A stretch of 38,095 nt of DNA from an uncultured Synechococcus sp. (GCA_913050105.1 CAJWZN010000001.1:1-38095), one strand, 5' to 3'. Counted from the stretch's first letter, positions 28,278-38,095 are shown. Numbers and translations are program-made. The notes: a model not told the origin generated them from the letters alone.

Positions 28278-29453
28278 ATGTCACGCGTCGGCGTTGTTCT
28301 ACTGAATCTGGGTGGACCAGAGCGGATTCAGGACGTCGGACCGTTCCTGTACAACCTCTTCGCAGATCCGGAGATCATTCGGCTCCCCAGCCCTGCTCTT
28401 CAGAAGCCCCTGGCTTGGCTGATCAGCACACTGCGCAGTGGCAAGTCACAGAAGGCCTACCGCTCCATCGGTGGAGGCTCACCCCTGAGGCGCATCACGG
28501 AGCAGCAAGCCCGTGAACTGCAGAGCCTCCTTCGCCAGCGTGGTGTCGATGCGACCACGTACGTCGCGATGCGTTACTGGCACCCGTTCACTGAATCTGC
28601 CGTTGCCGACATGAAGGCAGACGGGGTGGATGAGGTGGTTGTGCTTCCGCTGTATCCCCACTTTTCAATCAGTACCAGCGGTTCCAGCTTCCGTGAACTG
28701 CAGCGGCTGCGGAACGGGGATTCAGATTTTGAAAAACTCCCGATCCGATGCATTCGCAGTTGGTTTGATCATCCGGGCTACGTGCAGGCGATGGCTGAAC
28801 TCATCGCTGAGGAAGTTCGCAACAGCGATGACCCAGCCAAGGCGCACGTGTTCTTCAGTGCCCACGGCGTTCCCAAGAGTTATGTGGAAGAGGCCGGCGA
28901 CCCCTATCAGACCCACATCGAATCCTGCACGAACTTGATCATGGCCAAGCTCGCTGAAGTGATGGGTCATGCCAATCCGCACACACTCGCTTATCAGAGT
29001 CGGGTAGGCCCTGTGGAGTGGTTGAAGCCCTACACCGAAGAGGCGCTGGAAGAGCTTGGAGAGGCCAAGGTCAATGACCTCGTCGTTGTGCCGATCAGTT
29101 TCGTCAGCGAGCACATCGAAACCCTCGAGGAAATTGATATCGAATACCGCGAGCTGGCCACTGAAGCTGGCGTTGTGAATTTCCGTCGGGTACGAGCTCT
29201 CGACACCTATGCGCCGTTCATTGAAGGTCTTGCCGATCTGGTCACCACCAGCCTGGATGGTCCGGAGGTCAGTCTCGATGCGGCTGCCGAACTCCCCAAC
29301 ACGGTCAAGCTTTACCCCCAGGAAAAGTGGGAGTGGGGATGGAACAACAGCTCCGAAGTCTGGAATGGTCGCCTGGCGATGCTCGGCTTTTCAGCCTTTC
29401 TCCTGGAACTGATCGGTGGGCGTGGCCCATTGCACGCTCTCGGACTTCTCTGA
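28278..29453 (+). CDS. hemH: Ferrochelatase with C-terminal CAB domain
   Basis: [54 protein letters not shown]; [11 protein letters not shown]. Confidence 0.99.
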   Translation: MSRVGVVLLNLGGPERIQDVGPFLYNLFADPEIIRLPSPALQKPLAWLISTLRSGKSQKAYRSIGGGSPLRRITEQQARELQSLLRQRGVDATTYVAMRYWHPFTESAVADMKADGVDEVVVLPLYPHFSISTSGSSFRELQRLRNGDSDFEKLPIRCIRSWFDHPGYVQAMAELIAEEVRNSDDPAKAHVFFSAHGVPKSYVEEAGDPYQTHIESCTNLIMAKLAEVMGHANPHTLAYQSRVGPVEWLKPYTEEALEELGEAKVNDLVVVPISFVSEHIETLEEIDIEYRELATEAGVVNFRRVRALDTYAPFIEGLADLVTTSLDGPEVSLDAAAELPNTVKLYPQEKWEWGWNNSSEVWNGRLAMLGFSAFLLELIGGRGPLHALGLL

Positions 29454-29946
29454 GCTGTTTCGGTCGCTGTTGCTGGCGGTTTGTCTGACAGCAGCATCAC
29501 CTGCACGAGCGGATCGGTGGAGTGAGGGAAGCTTTCCGATCCCTGTGTTTGAGGGTTACACCAGCCATTTCGGTATGCGGCGAGCGGCTGATGGAATCCT
29601 TCGTCCCCACAACGGTCTTGACATCGCCGCACCCCTTGGTTCCCCCGTTCTGAGCTGGTGGCACGGCACTGTCATCGAAACCATCCACGATCAGTCGTGT
29701 GGCATCGGAGTCGTGATTGCTTCAGGCGAATACCACCATATTTATTGCCATCTGCGTCGGCAGAGAATGCGTCCAGATCAGTGGGTGAACGCTGGACAGG
29801 TCATCGGTCAGGTGGGTCTGACCGGTCGTACCAGCGGAGCTCATCTTCACTGGGGGATCCGTCATTCCGGTCGCTGGCTCGACCCTGCACAGATCCTCAG
29901 AGCCATGATTCGCGGCCGACGGGCAATCGTCCCTAAAGGCCCTTAA
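29416..29946 (+). CDS. M23-family metallopeptidase with signal peptide
   Basis: HNGLDIAAP (HxxxD), [14 protein letters not shown] (HxH); start uncertain. Confidence 0.88.
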   Translation: MGVAHCTLSDFSELFRSLLLAVCLTAASPARADRWSEGSFPIPVFEGYTSHFGMRRAADGILRPHNGLDIAAPLGSPVLSWWHGTVIETIHDQSCGIGVVIASGEYHHIYCHLRRQRMRPDQWVNAGQVIGQVGLTGRTSGAHLHWGIRHSGRWLDPAQILRAMIRGRRAIVPKGP

Positions 29947-29974
29947 TCTTGAGGGTCAACCCCGACCAACTGCC

Positions 29975-31741
29975 GTGACCCTCACCTCCGCACCAACGGG
30001 CATCGGCGGGCAGGAATCGGTTGAACCACGCACGATCTCAGGTGCTGAGGCACTGATGGATGCTCTGCGACTCCATGGTGTGGAGACGATCTTCGGTTAT
30101 CCGGGCGGGGCAATCCTGCCCATTTATGACGCCCTGCACATCGCAGAGGATCAGGGCTGGGTCAAACACATCCTGGTGCGGCATGAACAGGCCGGCACCC
30201 ACGCGGCCGACGCCTATGCCCGAGCCACAGGCAAGGTTGGGGTCTGCTTTGGCACCTCCGGTCCAGGGGCCACAAATCTGGTCACCGGAATAGCCACGGC
30301 CCAGATGGATTCGGTGCCGATGGTGGTCATAACCGGTCAGGTCCCTCGTCCTGCGATCGGCACTGATGCCTTCCAGGAGACCGACATTTTTGGCATCACC
30401 CTTCCGATCGTGAAGCACTCCTGGGTTGTGCGTGATCCGGCGGACCTCGGCTCGATTGTGGCCCAAGCCTTTGTTATCGCTGCAAGTGGTCGTCCCGGCC
30501 CGGTTCTGATCGATATCCCCAAGGATGTTGGTCAGGAGATGTTCCAGTACACACCGGTCGCTCCTGGCTCTGTCGTCCCTCGTGGTTTCCGCCAGCCGCA
30601 GCCCCCCGAAGACCGTTCCGTTGCAGCGGCTCTTGACCTGATCGAACAGGCTGAACGCCCTCTCCTCTACGTCGGTGGTGGCGCTGTCTCCGCCGCTGCT
30701 CACGACAATCTTCAAGTGCTGGCCGAGCGTTATCAACTCCCGGTCACCACCACGTTGATGGGCAAGGGAGCCTTTGACGAGAACCACTCCCTCTCGGTGG
30801 GCATGCTCGGGATGCATGGCACGGCGTTTGCGAATTTCGCCGTCACCGATTGCGACCTGCTGATCGCCGTTGGTGCTCGATTCGATGACCGTGTCACCGG
30901 CAAGCTCGACACGTTTGCACCCAAGGCCCGGGTGGTGCATTTTGAAATCGATCCGGCGGAAATCGGGAAGACAAGGCGTGCCGATGTTGCAGTGCTGGGC
31001 GATCTTGGCCTCAGCCTCACTCGGCTCGTGGCCCTGAGCCTTCAGCGGTCCGTCGAACCCCGGACCTCGTCCTGGTTGCAGACCATTGCTGAGTGGAAGC
31101 AGCGTTATCCCCTCGCGATTCCACCTGCGGAAGGGCCGATCTATCCCCAGGAAGTGCTTTTGGCCGTTCGGGACCTCGCACCCCAGGCCATCGTCACCAC
31201 CGATGTCGGGCAGCATCAGATGTGGGCTGCTCAATATCTGCGGAACGGTCCCAGGGGCTGGATCAGTAGTGCAGGGCTCGGAACAATGGGCTTTGGCATG
31301 CCTGCTGCCATGGGAGCTCAGGTGGCATGGCCGGATCGGCAGGTGGTCTGCATCGCAGGCGATGCCAGCATCCTGATGAATATCCAGGAGTTAGGAACTC
31401 TGGCGGCGTATCGCCTTCCGGTGAAGGTGGTGATCGTCAACAACCAATGGCAGGGCATGGTTCGCCAATGGCAGGAAAGCTTCTACGACGAGCGTTATTC
31501 AGCATCGGACATGTTGAACGGAATGCCTGACTTCACCGCTCTGGCTCGCTCCTTCGGTGTGGATGGGGTCAAGATCACCGAGCGGGATCATCTTCAGAGT
31601 GATCTGGCAGCAGCTCTTCAGTCTCCTGGGCCAATGCTGATCGATGTGCATGTGCGCCGGGGTGAAAACTGTTACCCGATGGTTCCCCCTGGCAAGAGCA
31701 ATGCTGAGATGGTGGGCCTTCCGGCTCCAGCTCCCCAGTGA
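29975..31741 (+). CDS. ilvB: Acetolactate synthase large subunit
   Basis: FGYPGGAILP, RHEQ, TSGPGATN, GARFDDRVTG, DVGQHQMW, GD-x-NN ThDP motif. Confidence 0.98.
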   Translation: MTLTSAPTGIGGQESVEPRTISGAEALMDALRLHGVETIFGYPGGAILPIYDALHIAEDQGWVKHILVRHEQAGTHAADAYARATGKVGVCFGTSGPGATNLVTGIATAQMDSVPMVVITGQVPRPAIGTDAFQETDIFGITLPIVKHSWVVRDPADLGSIVAQAFVIAASGRPGPVLIDIPKDVGQEMFQYTPVAPGSVVPRGFRQPQPPEDRSVAAALDLIEQAERPLLYVGGGAVSAAAHDNLQVLAERYQLPVTTTLMGKGAFDENHSLSVGMLGMHGTAFANFAVTDCDLLIAVGARFDDRVTGKLDTFAPKARVVHFEIDPAEIGKTRRADVAVLGDLGLSLTRLVALSLQRSVEPRTSSWLQTIAEWKQRYPLAIPPAEGPIYPQEVLLAVRDLAPQAIVTTDVGQHQMWAAQYLRNGPRGWISSAGLGTMGFGMPAAMGAQVAWPDRQVVCIAGDASILMNIQELGTLAAYRLPVKVVIVNNQWQGMVRQWQESFYDERYSASDMLNGMPDFTALARSFGVDGVKITERDHLQSDLAAALQSPGPMLIDVHVRRGENCYPMVPPGKSNAEMVGLPAPAPQ

Positions 31742-32088
31742 TCCGTGCACTTCTGATCGGTTTATCTCTGCTGTTGCTGGCAGCACCAGTCAGCGCTGCG
31801 GAAGTGCTTCAGGTCCGCTCCAGCTCCTTGCTTCAGGTGGGAGATCGCAATCGCACCTACACCGTTGTACTGGCGTGCGCGGCTGTGGATCCGGTCCTTG
31901 AAGATGAGGCGGTCAGGTGGCTTAGGGATCAATTGCCGCGTCGTCGCCGGGTCAATCTGCGTCCGGTCGGCTCCCTGGACGGTCAGCTGCTGGCCAGGGT
32001 GACTCCCCTTGGCGAACCGACTGACCTCAGCACTGGTTTGGTGGCAGCATCTCTGGCCGTCGACAGCTGTCAGTCAGAGGTGTCTTGA
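31738..32088 (+). CDS. Secreted thermonuclease (SNase)-fold-like protein
   Basis: Signal peptide ending VSA; GDRNRTYTVVLAC, LLARV, DLSTGLV spaced like an SNase OB fold; GTGA overlap with ilvB. Confidence 0.6.
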   Translation: MIRALLIGLSLLLLAAPVSAAEVLQVRSSSLLQVGDRNRTYTVVLACAAVDPVLEDEAVRWLRDQLPRRRRVNLRPVGSLDGQLLARVTPLGEPTDLSTGLVAASLAVDSCQSEVS

Positions 32089-32309
32089 TGGCGGACAATC
32101 GCATCGCCAAGGGGATTGTTCTGGTTCCATGCCTGCTCCTTGGGGGGGCTTTTCTGGCCACCGCCATTTGGGGGCAGGGTCCCGCTGCTGACAATCGTGG
32201 TCTGGCAGCCTCCATCGGAGTGGCACTTCTGTTGGCCGGCTTAGGAGCCCAGTGGCTCAGCAATGAATCGGGTCAGACGGATCCAGACAGGAGCGAGAAA
32301 ATTCCTTGA
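32088..32309 (+). CDS. GIVxVP small two-TM membrane protein
   Basis: NRIAKGIVLVPCLLLGGAFL; TGATG coupling to the upstream gene. Confidence 0.8.
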   Translation: MADNRIAKGIVLVPCLLLGGAFLATAIWGQGPAADNRGLAASIGVALLLAGLGAQWLSNESGQTDPDRSEKIP

Positions 32310-32465
32310 CTTGACGGGGCAGGGTTGTTCCATTCGCTCGGATTCGTCTGTCGGTCTCTCGACAAGGTGGGCTCTGTACGTTGTCCTCCCGTCGTGTTTC
32401 AAGCGGTTGCGTCGTGCTGCAGAGCGGCTCATCTGGTCGAATGGTGGCTGGGCTGAACCGCACTG

Positions 32466-34139
32466 ATGCTGCGACTGAGTGAACTGCGGCTGCCGCTGGA
32501 TCACACCGATGACGACTTAAACCAGGCCCTGTTGCGTCATTTGCGAATCCCGCCTGAACATCTGCTGGAGCAGCACCTGGTGAAGCGCAGCGTTGATGCA
32601 CGCCGACGCGATCGCATTCAGCTGATTTACAGCATGGATGTGCGTGTGAAGGGAGAGGCTGCCCTGAGCCGGAAGCATGCCCGTAATCCCAAGGTCTGCC
32701 CCGCTCCCGACACGTGTTATCGATCCGTGGGTCATGCGCCGGCAGGGTTTCCACCGCGTCCTGAATTTCAACCGGTGGTGGTTGGAGCTGGCCCCTGTGG
32801 CTATTTCGCGGCTCTTCTGCTGGCGCAGATGGGCTTTCGCCCTCTGCTGCTGGAACGCGGCCAGCCGGTGAAGGAACGCACCCTTCAGACCTTCGCTTTC
32901 TGGCGGGGGCAGCGAGACCTTGATCCTGAATCCAATGCTCAGTTCGGGGAAGGCGGAGCCGGCACGTTCTCCGATGGCAAGCTCTACAGCCAGGTGAGTG
33001 ATCCCGAGCACTACGGCCGAAAGGTGCTGGAAGAGCTCGTGGCATGTGGTGCCAATGACGAGATCCTGACCCGCCACCATCCCCACATCGGCACGTTCAA
33101 ACTTGCAACGGTTGTGCGCGGCCTTCGGGCGCGGATCGAGCAACTAGGCGGCGAGGTTCGTTTCGGCAGCCGAGTGGTGCGTCTGCAACTAGCCCCTTGT
33201 TCGGAAGCCCCCAAACCCTGGCAACTGGTGGGGCTTGAGCTTGCAGACGGCACGATTCTGCCGACGCGGCATGTGGTGCTCGCCCCTGGTCATTCGGCTC
33301 GTGATTGCTTCAGCATGCTTGAGCAAGTGGGCGTCAGGCTCGAGGCCAAGCCTTTTTCGGTGGGGCTGCGGATTGAGCATCCTCAACAGCTGATCGATCA
33401 TGCCCGCTGGGGGGAACAGGCTGGTCATCCCCGTCTGGGTGCCGCCGAATACAAACTTGTTCATCACGCCGGGAATGGGCGCTGCGTTTACAGCTTCTGC
33501 ATGTGTCCTGGTGGCTTTGTTGTTGGTGCGACTTCAGAGGAGGGGCGCGTTGTGACCAACGGCATGAGCCAACACTCCCGCAATGAGCGCAATGCAAACA
33601 GTGGTCTTGTCGTGAATCTCGAGCCCGAGGATCTGGCCCCCTATGCCCGTTACCCCGGGGATCCCCTCGCCGGTGTTGCTTTGCAGCGGGATCTTGAGGC
33701 CAGAGCGTTCCAGCTGGGTGGAGGCACCTATGCCGCTCCAGCCCAACGTCTCGAGGATTTTGTGGCGGGGCGACCGTCCGAGGAACTCGGCGCGATCGCG
33801 GCGTCCTATCAGCCGGGGATCACTCCCGCGGATCTCGAGACGGCTTTGCCAGCACCGATCATCGCCGCGATACGGGAGGCCATACCAGCTTTTGCGCTTC
33901 GACTCAAGGGCTACGACCATCCCGACGCGGTTCTGACTGGCGTGGAAACGCGCACGTCCTCACCGGTGCGTATTCCGCGTGACGACCGGATGGAATCGCT
34001 GAATACGGCTGGATTGATCCCCGCAGGAGAGGGGGCTGGCTATGCCGGTGGCATTTTCTCGGCAGGAATTGACGGAATTCGTGCGGCGGAGGCGGTAGCG
34101 CTTCAGCTCCTCAAGGTCGTGCCGGACTCCTCGGCCTGA
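32466..34139 (+). CDS. Uncharacterised NAD(P)/FAD-dependent oxidoreductase
   Basis: VVGAGPCG, QFGEGGAGTFSDGKL, HIGT, GHSARD, YSFCMCPGG, ETRTSSP, GEGAGYAGGI. Confidence 0.92.
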   Translation: MLRLSELRLPLDHTDDDLNQALLRHLRIPPEHLLEQHLVKRSVDARRRDRIQLIYSMDVRVKGEAALSRKHARNPKVCPAPDTCYRSVGHAPAGFPPRPEFQPVVVGAGPCGYFAALLLAQMGFRPLLLERGQPVKERTLQTFAFWRGQRDLDPESNAQFGEGGAGTFSDGKLYSQVSDPEHYGRKVLEELVACGANDEILTRHHPHIGTFKLATVVRGLRARIEQLGGEVRFGSRVVRLQLAPCSEAPKPWQLVGLELADGTILPTRHVVLAPGHSARDCFSMLEQVGVRLEAKPFSVGLRIEHPQQLIDHARWGEQAGHPRLGAAEYKLVHHAGNGRCVYSFCMCPGGFVVGATSEEGRVVTNGMSQHSRNERNANSGLVVNLEPEDLAPYARYPGDPLAGVALQRDLEARAFQLGGGTYAAPAQRLEDFVAGRPSEELGAIAASYQPGITPADLETALPAPIIAAIREAIPAFALRLKGYDHPDAVLTGVETRTSSPVRIPRDDRMESLNTAGLIPAGEGAGYAGGIFSAGIDGIRAAEAVALQLLKVVPDSSA

Positions 34140-34948
34140 CTCACGATCCCGTTCCATTGAACAGCCTTGACTTGGTCCCTGCGCCAGGAATGGAACAGCT
34201 CAGGTTCACTCGCTGTGCAGAGGGGGCAGCTGCTGATATTGGCCGGGTTCACCCCTGAATCCTCGAGTTGGAGAACGGTGGCCAGGCGCAGATCGAATCT
34301 GTATCGATCGGGCTCAGGGTCGACCTGAACAGCCCCGGCCTCGACAAGAGCAGTTCGCCCATCGGAGATGGAGCCAAAGCTGGCAGCAATTGCTGTGACA
34401 ACGTCATCGCCAACCTGATAGCGAGCCCCACTGACTGCTGGGCCAAGGGCCACAACAAGGTCCTTTCTCCTGGCTCCCCGTGCTTCCAGCTGTTCCACCG
34501 CCGAGGGCAGGATATGGGCCGCGACACCTCTCCACCCGGCGTGGCAGGCAGCCGTGTGCCCAGTTAGGGGATCGGCGATCAACACCGGAGTGCAATCTGC
34601 ACCGCACACCCACAGGCTCTGGCCACCGCGGTTGCTCACAAGGCCGTCTGCTTCCGGCCAGGGCGCTCCACAGGCCTGGTCCGCCTCCAGTACGAGGCCA
34701 CTGTGAATCTGCTGCGGCCGGTGAACACTGGTACTCACACTGATGTAGCCCGACAGTTCCTCAGGATCCCGTCCGCTCCAGAGTCGGGTGAAGAAGCCAT
34801 GCTCGAAGCCCTGGCGGGCGAGTGCGTCTGACTGGAGGTAGTAGCCGCCGTAGCAGCCGATCCAGGTCCAGCCGTCCAGTTCATTGAAACTGCCGTCCGG
34901 TCGAGCGAAAGGCCCTGGCCCCGTTTCTGCTGGAGCCGCTCCCCTCAC
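34103..34948 (-). CDS. pgeF: PgeF/YfiH family (purine nucleoside phosphorylase, laccase-domain) protein
   Basis: QIHS, ADGLV, ADCTPV, HAGWRG, LGPAVS, CT...LFHSWRR. Confidence 0.92.
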   Translation of the reverse strand: MRGAAPAETGPGPFARPDGSFNELDGWTWIGCYGGYYLQSDALARQGFEHGFFTRLWSGRDPEELSGYISVSTSVHRPQQIHSGLVLEADQACGAPWPEADGLVSNRGGQSLWVCGADCTPVLIADPLTGHTAACHAGWRGVAAHILPSAVEQLEARGARRKDLVVALGPAVSGARYQVGDDVVTAIAASFGSISDGRTALVEAGAVQVDPEPDRYRFDLRLATVLQLEDSGVNPANISSCPLCTASEPELFHSWRRDQVKAVQWNGIVSQAEESGTTLRS

Positions 34949-35841
34949 AGTGTGGCGATGTCACGCATCATCCAGAATCCAGCGAAGGCTTGTTCCTGCG
35001 GACTGGCCTGAATGGCAATGAATTGCAGCCCTTTGCCGATCTCCTTTGATTCAGCCAGGGCGTTTGAAATTGCTTCCCCAGCCTTGGCATCAAGGTCGCT
35101 CACCAGCCATCGGTCGTCCTGACCGGCCTCCAGCACCAGCTGACGACCTTCCACCAGAAGACGAACGGGTTCGAGTCCCCCCAGCCAACCGGCCATGGCC
35201 AGGGCTCGGCTGCTGCTGAATAGTCGTAATCCAGGGACCGGTTGGTTGTCTTCAACCGAATCGGGAAGCGGAAGCAGACCGCTGAAACCCATCGGCCATT
35301 CACTGGCCTCTCGCAGGAGTTGTGCTGGCAGGGCCGCCCATGACCAGGCATCACCCTGAACCTCTTCCGGCAGTGGCACCGCAGGAGTGGTCACCGATGC
35401 TGGAGGTGGGGCCAGAGGGCCGGCCATGAATCCCTCCTCCTGGGGGTAGACCTCTTGCTCCCGCTGCTGCAACCAGTCCAGCAACGCGTAGGTGCGGCGA
35501 CTGGAGATCATTTCTAGATCGAGCTCTCCAGCAGCCCTCTGGACCATCGTCCGCATTGAGCTTCGCCAGCAGCGCAGTCTTCGTGGCGCCACCAACCCCG
35601 ATTTCAGGGCTGCTTCGCGGGCTTCTTTGAGGGCAGAAGACAACCAGAGGGAGTTGACCTCACCTGAGGGGCAGCGTTTTGCGAAGCGGAACGGTTCGCC
35701 AGGTGCTTCAGCATTCGGGGTGGCTGTGATCAGCAGCTCCCATCGTTTGCGGCCATCGGATTCAAGAATCGGTCTTGAGTAGAAGTCGAGCTCCCAGTCC
35801 GTTCCCAGAGAAGCTGCCGAGTTGGCTGCGGCTGGTGTCAT
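34945..35841 (-). CDS. Tab2/Atab2-family RNA-binding protein
   Basis: WELDFYSRP, KRWELLI, VNSLWL, SRRTYAL..WL..R, LQFIAIQ, FAGFW. Confidence 0.93.
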   Translation of the reverse strand: MTPAAANSAASLGTDWELDFYSRPILESDGRKRWELLITATPNAEAPGEPFRFAKRCPSGEVNSLWLSSALKEAREAALKSGLVAPRRLRCWRSSMRTMVQRAAGELDLEMISSRRTYALLDWLQQREQEVYPQEEGFMAGPLAPPPASVTTPAVPLPEEVQGDAWSWAALPAQLLREASEWPMGFSGLLPLPDSVEDNQPVPGLRLFSSSRALAMAGWLGGLEPVRLLVEGRQLVLEAGQDDRWLVSDLDAKAGEAISNALAESKEIGKGLQFIAIQASPQEQAFAGFWMMRDIATL

Positions 35842-37073
35842 CCGGCGTCCTGTTCCTGCTGCTTGAGAACGCTCTGGGCCCGCTTTGCACGGTCGGCTGC
35901 CTCAGACATCACCTTGGACTTTTCCACCAGCAGTTCGCCGGGAGGTCCCTCAAGGAGGGCTGTGTTCAAGCTGATGCGGCCGCGGCCAGGATCCAGTTCG
36001 GTGATCAGAGCCTGCACGCGCTCCCCTTCATCGAATACTTCCCGAATGGAACGAAGGCTGCCGTTTGTTATGGCGGATTGATGCAGCAGTCCGCTGATCC
36101 CGCCTAAATCGATGAACAGGCCGTAGGGCTTGACGGCTGCCACCTGGCCTTCGACCAACTGACCAACCTCGAGATCCTGGAAGCGAGCAGCCACGGCAGC
36201 GCGCTTTTCAGACAGAACCAACTTCCGGGTTTCGGAGTTGACCTCGAGAAACGCTACGCCGACGGTCTTACCCACCATCTCCTGGTGATTCTCTCCCTGC
36301 TGAAGCTGGGAGCGGGGGATGAAGCCTCTGAGGCCCTCCAGATCGCAGGTGACTCCACCACGGTTGAAACCGGTGATGATCACCTGGACAACTTTGCCGT
36401 CTTTTTCAAGCAGTTTCACCTTGTCCCAGCTTTTGCGTAGCTCAAGCGCACGACAGCTGATGGTGACCATGCCATCGGCGTTCTGCTCCCGAGTCACCAG
36501 TACGTCGACCTTCTGACCCTTGGGGAAGCGCTCCCTCAGGTTGGTGACGACACCAAGGCCTGCTTCGCTCTTGGGCATGTAGCCGGGAGCTTTGCCGCCG
36601 ATGTCGACGTAAATGCCATCGCTTTCGAGTGCGATGACCGTTCCTTGAATCACCTCACCTGTGGTCCCCACGGGAGCATTGGCATCCAGCGCGGCAAGGA
36701 AAGCCTCTTCGTCGAAATCGAAATCGTCGACGCTGCGGTTCTGCGCTGGCTCATTACGACGAGGTTTCTCATCGGGCGATGCCAGAAGATCGGCCATGGT
36801 CATGCCTTCCATGGCACCCATGTCGAAGCGATCGTCATCGCTGGATTCGGCCTCGCTCTGACGGGATTTCGGTGGCCCTGTCAGACCTGCCCGTTCCTCC
36901 AGCAGCCGGGCTTTTTCGGCGGCAGCCTCAGCAGCCGCACGCGCTTCAGCGGCTTCTCGCTGGAGATTCTCCTGCTCCTCTCGCCGGTTGATTTTCATCA
37001 CCTGCAGCGGCTGTTGTGATGCCGGTCGCGCGGGTTTGGGGCGATTGGGCTGGGGACTGCCTGCTGCGGCCAT
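35838..37073 (-). CDS. Ribosomal protein S1 paralog (three S1 domains, low-complexity N-terminus)
   Basis: YVDIGGKAPG, NRGGV...LRGFIPRS, KPYGLFIDLGGISGLLH. Confidence 0.92.
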   Translation of the reverse strand: MAAAGSPQPNRPKPARPASQQPLQVMKINRREEQENLQREAAEARAAAEAAAEKARLLEERAGLTGPPKSRQSEAESSDDDRFDMGAMEGMTMADLLASPDEKPRRNEPAQNRSVDDFDFDEEAFLAALDANAPVGTTGEVIQGTVIALESDGIYVDIGGKAPGYMPKSEAGLGVVTNLRERFPKGQKVDVLVTREQNADGMVTISCRALELRKSWDKVKLLEKDGKVVQVIITGFNRGGVTCDLEGLRGFIPRSQLQQGENHQEMVGKTVGVAFLEVNSETRKLVLSEKRAAVAARFQDLEVGQLVEGQVAAVKPYGLFIDLGGISGLLHQSAITNGSLRSIREVFDEGERVQALITELDPGRGRISLNTALLEGPPGELLVEKSKVMSEAADRAKRAQSVLKQQEQDAG

Positions 37074-37135
37074 GGACCAGGGGTCGTCGATCGGCCATTC
37101 TGACAGCCAGAGATGGGTTTGGATCAGCTCTAAGC

Positions 37136-37972
37136 ATGCCGTTGGATTCCACTCGCCGTTGCTTTAGTGAGCTGAGCTGGCCGCAGGTGGAGCAGGCCGT
37201 TGCGATCGATCGAGCCACGCTTGTTTGGCCTTTCGGTGCTTGTGAACAGCACGGTCCCCATCTGCCGCTCGCCACCGATGCGTTGTTTGCAGATCGATTG
37301 CTGGATGCAGTTCTCGAAAAGCTGCCCGATGAGACCCCTGTCTGGCGTTTGCCTATTCAGTCCATCGGCTTCTCCCCTGAGCACGTTTGTTTTCCAGGCA
37401 CCCTCAGCCTTTCGTCCGAGTTGTTGATTTCCATGGTTGTGGAGCTGGGTGAGCAGCTTGCTGCCATGGGTTGGACGCGATTGGTCCTGTTCAACGCCCA
37501 TGGCGGACAGATTGCCCTTCTGCAGGTGGCTGCGCGTGAGTTGCGCAAGCGTTGTCCATCTCTGGCGGTGCTTCCCTGTTTCCTCTGGAGTGGTGTTGAG
37601 GGTCTGGCGTCCCTCATCGCAGAGCCGGAACTCTCAGATGGGCTGCATGCAGGTTTGGCGGAAACGTCGTTGATGCAGCGGCTGGCTCCTTCACTGGTGA
37701 GTGAATCTCGGCCCGCCGAAGGCCTGAAGATCTCCGAGCCATCCCACAAAGCCCCTTCAGGATGGACCCTTGAAGGTGCTGCACCGTGCGCCTGGCTCAC
37801 CTCCGATGTTTCATCCAGTGGTGTCATCGGTGACAGCCGTGGTGCCTCGGCAGAGCTGGGTTCCGCTCTCGAGACGCTTCTGATTCGGCACTGGATCCAG
37901 ATGCTGCAAAGCCTTGTGGACAGCGATTGGCCACCGCGTCCCAGATCAGCCTTCAGGTCGTCCGCATCCTGA
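37136..37972 (+). CDS. Creatininase-family amidohydrolase
   Basis: PFGACEQHGPHLPLATD, SPEH..FPGT, NAHGG, HAGLAETS, SGVIGD; ATG 37136. Confidence 0.93.
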   Translation: MPLDSTRRCFSELSWPQVEQAVAIDRATLVWPFGACEQHGPHLPLATDALFADRLLDAVLEKLPDETPVWRLPIQSIGFSPEHVCFPGTLSLSSELLISMVVELGEQLAAMGWTRLVLFNAHGGQIALLQVAARELRKRCPSLAVLPCFLWSGVEGLASLIAEPELSDGLHAGLAETSLMQRLAPSLVSESRPAEGLKISEPSHKAPSGWTLEGAAPCAWLTSDVSSSGVIGDSRGASAELGSALETLLIRHWIQMLQSLVDSDWPPRPRSAFRSSAS

Positions 37973-38048
37973 ACTGAGGCCCCCAATGTTCACGAAGGGA
38001 GCAATGCTGGTTATTCTCTGTCCCACTGAAAGTGGTAGATCACGTCCT

Positions 38049-38095
38049 ATGACGACCCTCAATGCACCTGAGGCAACGGCGGTGGAGGGCATGGA
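38049..38095 (+). CDS. ado: 5' end of a gene, probably aldehyde-deformylating oxygenase
   Basis: MTTLNAPEATAVEGM resembles the picocyanobacterial ADO N-terminus as I recall it; only 15 codons visible. Confidence 0.6.
   Translation, partial: MTTLNAPEATAVEGM

Noticed and set aside
29340-29453. CAB motif as a separate hli gene
   Set aside because: It is the well-known in-frame C-terminal domain of cyanobacterial ferrochelatase.
30038-31234. 398-aa minus-strand ORF and similar long antisense ORFs (5993-6754, 6956-7672, 24909-25469, 25489-26349, 32517-33143)
   Set aside because: Antisense shadows of conserved genes caused by GC-rich codon bias; no recognisable motifs.
38022-38034. Small hairpin CCACT-gaa-AGTGG upstream of ado
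   Set aside because: A 5-bp stem is too short to distinguish from chance.

Overview
The window is almost entirely core chromosome of a GC-rich marine picocyanobacterium, most likely marine Synechococcus (judged from psb27, CAB-domain hemH, EF-hand transaldolase, Tab2, the start of ado and very tight gene packing). Gene order: argB (partial), DUF2854-like, small ORF, ssb, cobK, cutA, PfkB kinase, purA, psb27, proS, wHTH-like protein, small membrane protein, ppa-like, ferredoxin, ArsC/Spx-like, membrane protein, lepB, pyrC-like, tandem His-phosphatase, CPBP protease, FtsL-like, ftsI, tal, cNMP-domain protein, PucC-type MFS, photolyase/cryptochrome, GG-reductase-like, frr, pyrH, small ORF, cobO, methyltransferase, tyrosine recombinase, hemH, M23 peptidase, ilvB, SNase-like, GIVxVP protein, FAD oxidoreductase, pgeF, Tab2, S1 paralog, creatininase-like, ado (start). 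I found no rRNA, tRNA, CRISPR array, IS element or prophage, and I cannot claim a clearly new multi-gene system. The best leads are a PPase-fold protein with nearly all catalytic residues replaced, a candidate FtsL coupled to ftsI, a lower-GC cNMP/PucC/photolyase segment with a perfect palindromic operator, a possible sliding-clamp motif on the photolyase, a pore-less voltage-sensor-like membrane protein and a solitary intact integrase. All family assignments come from motifs recognised by eye; no searches were run.
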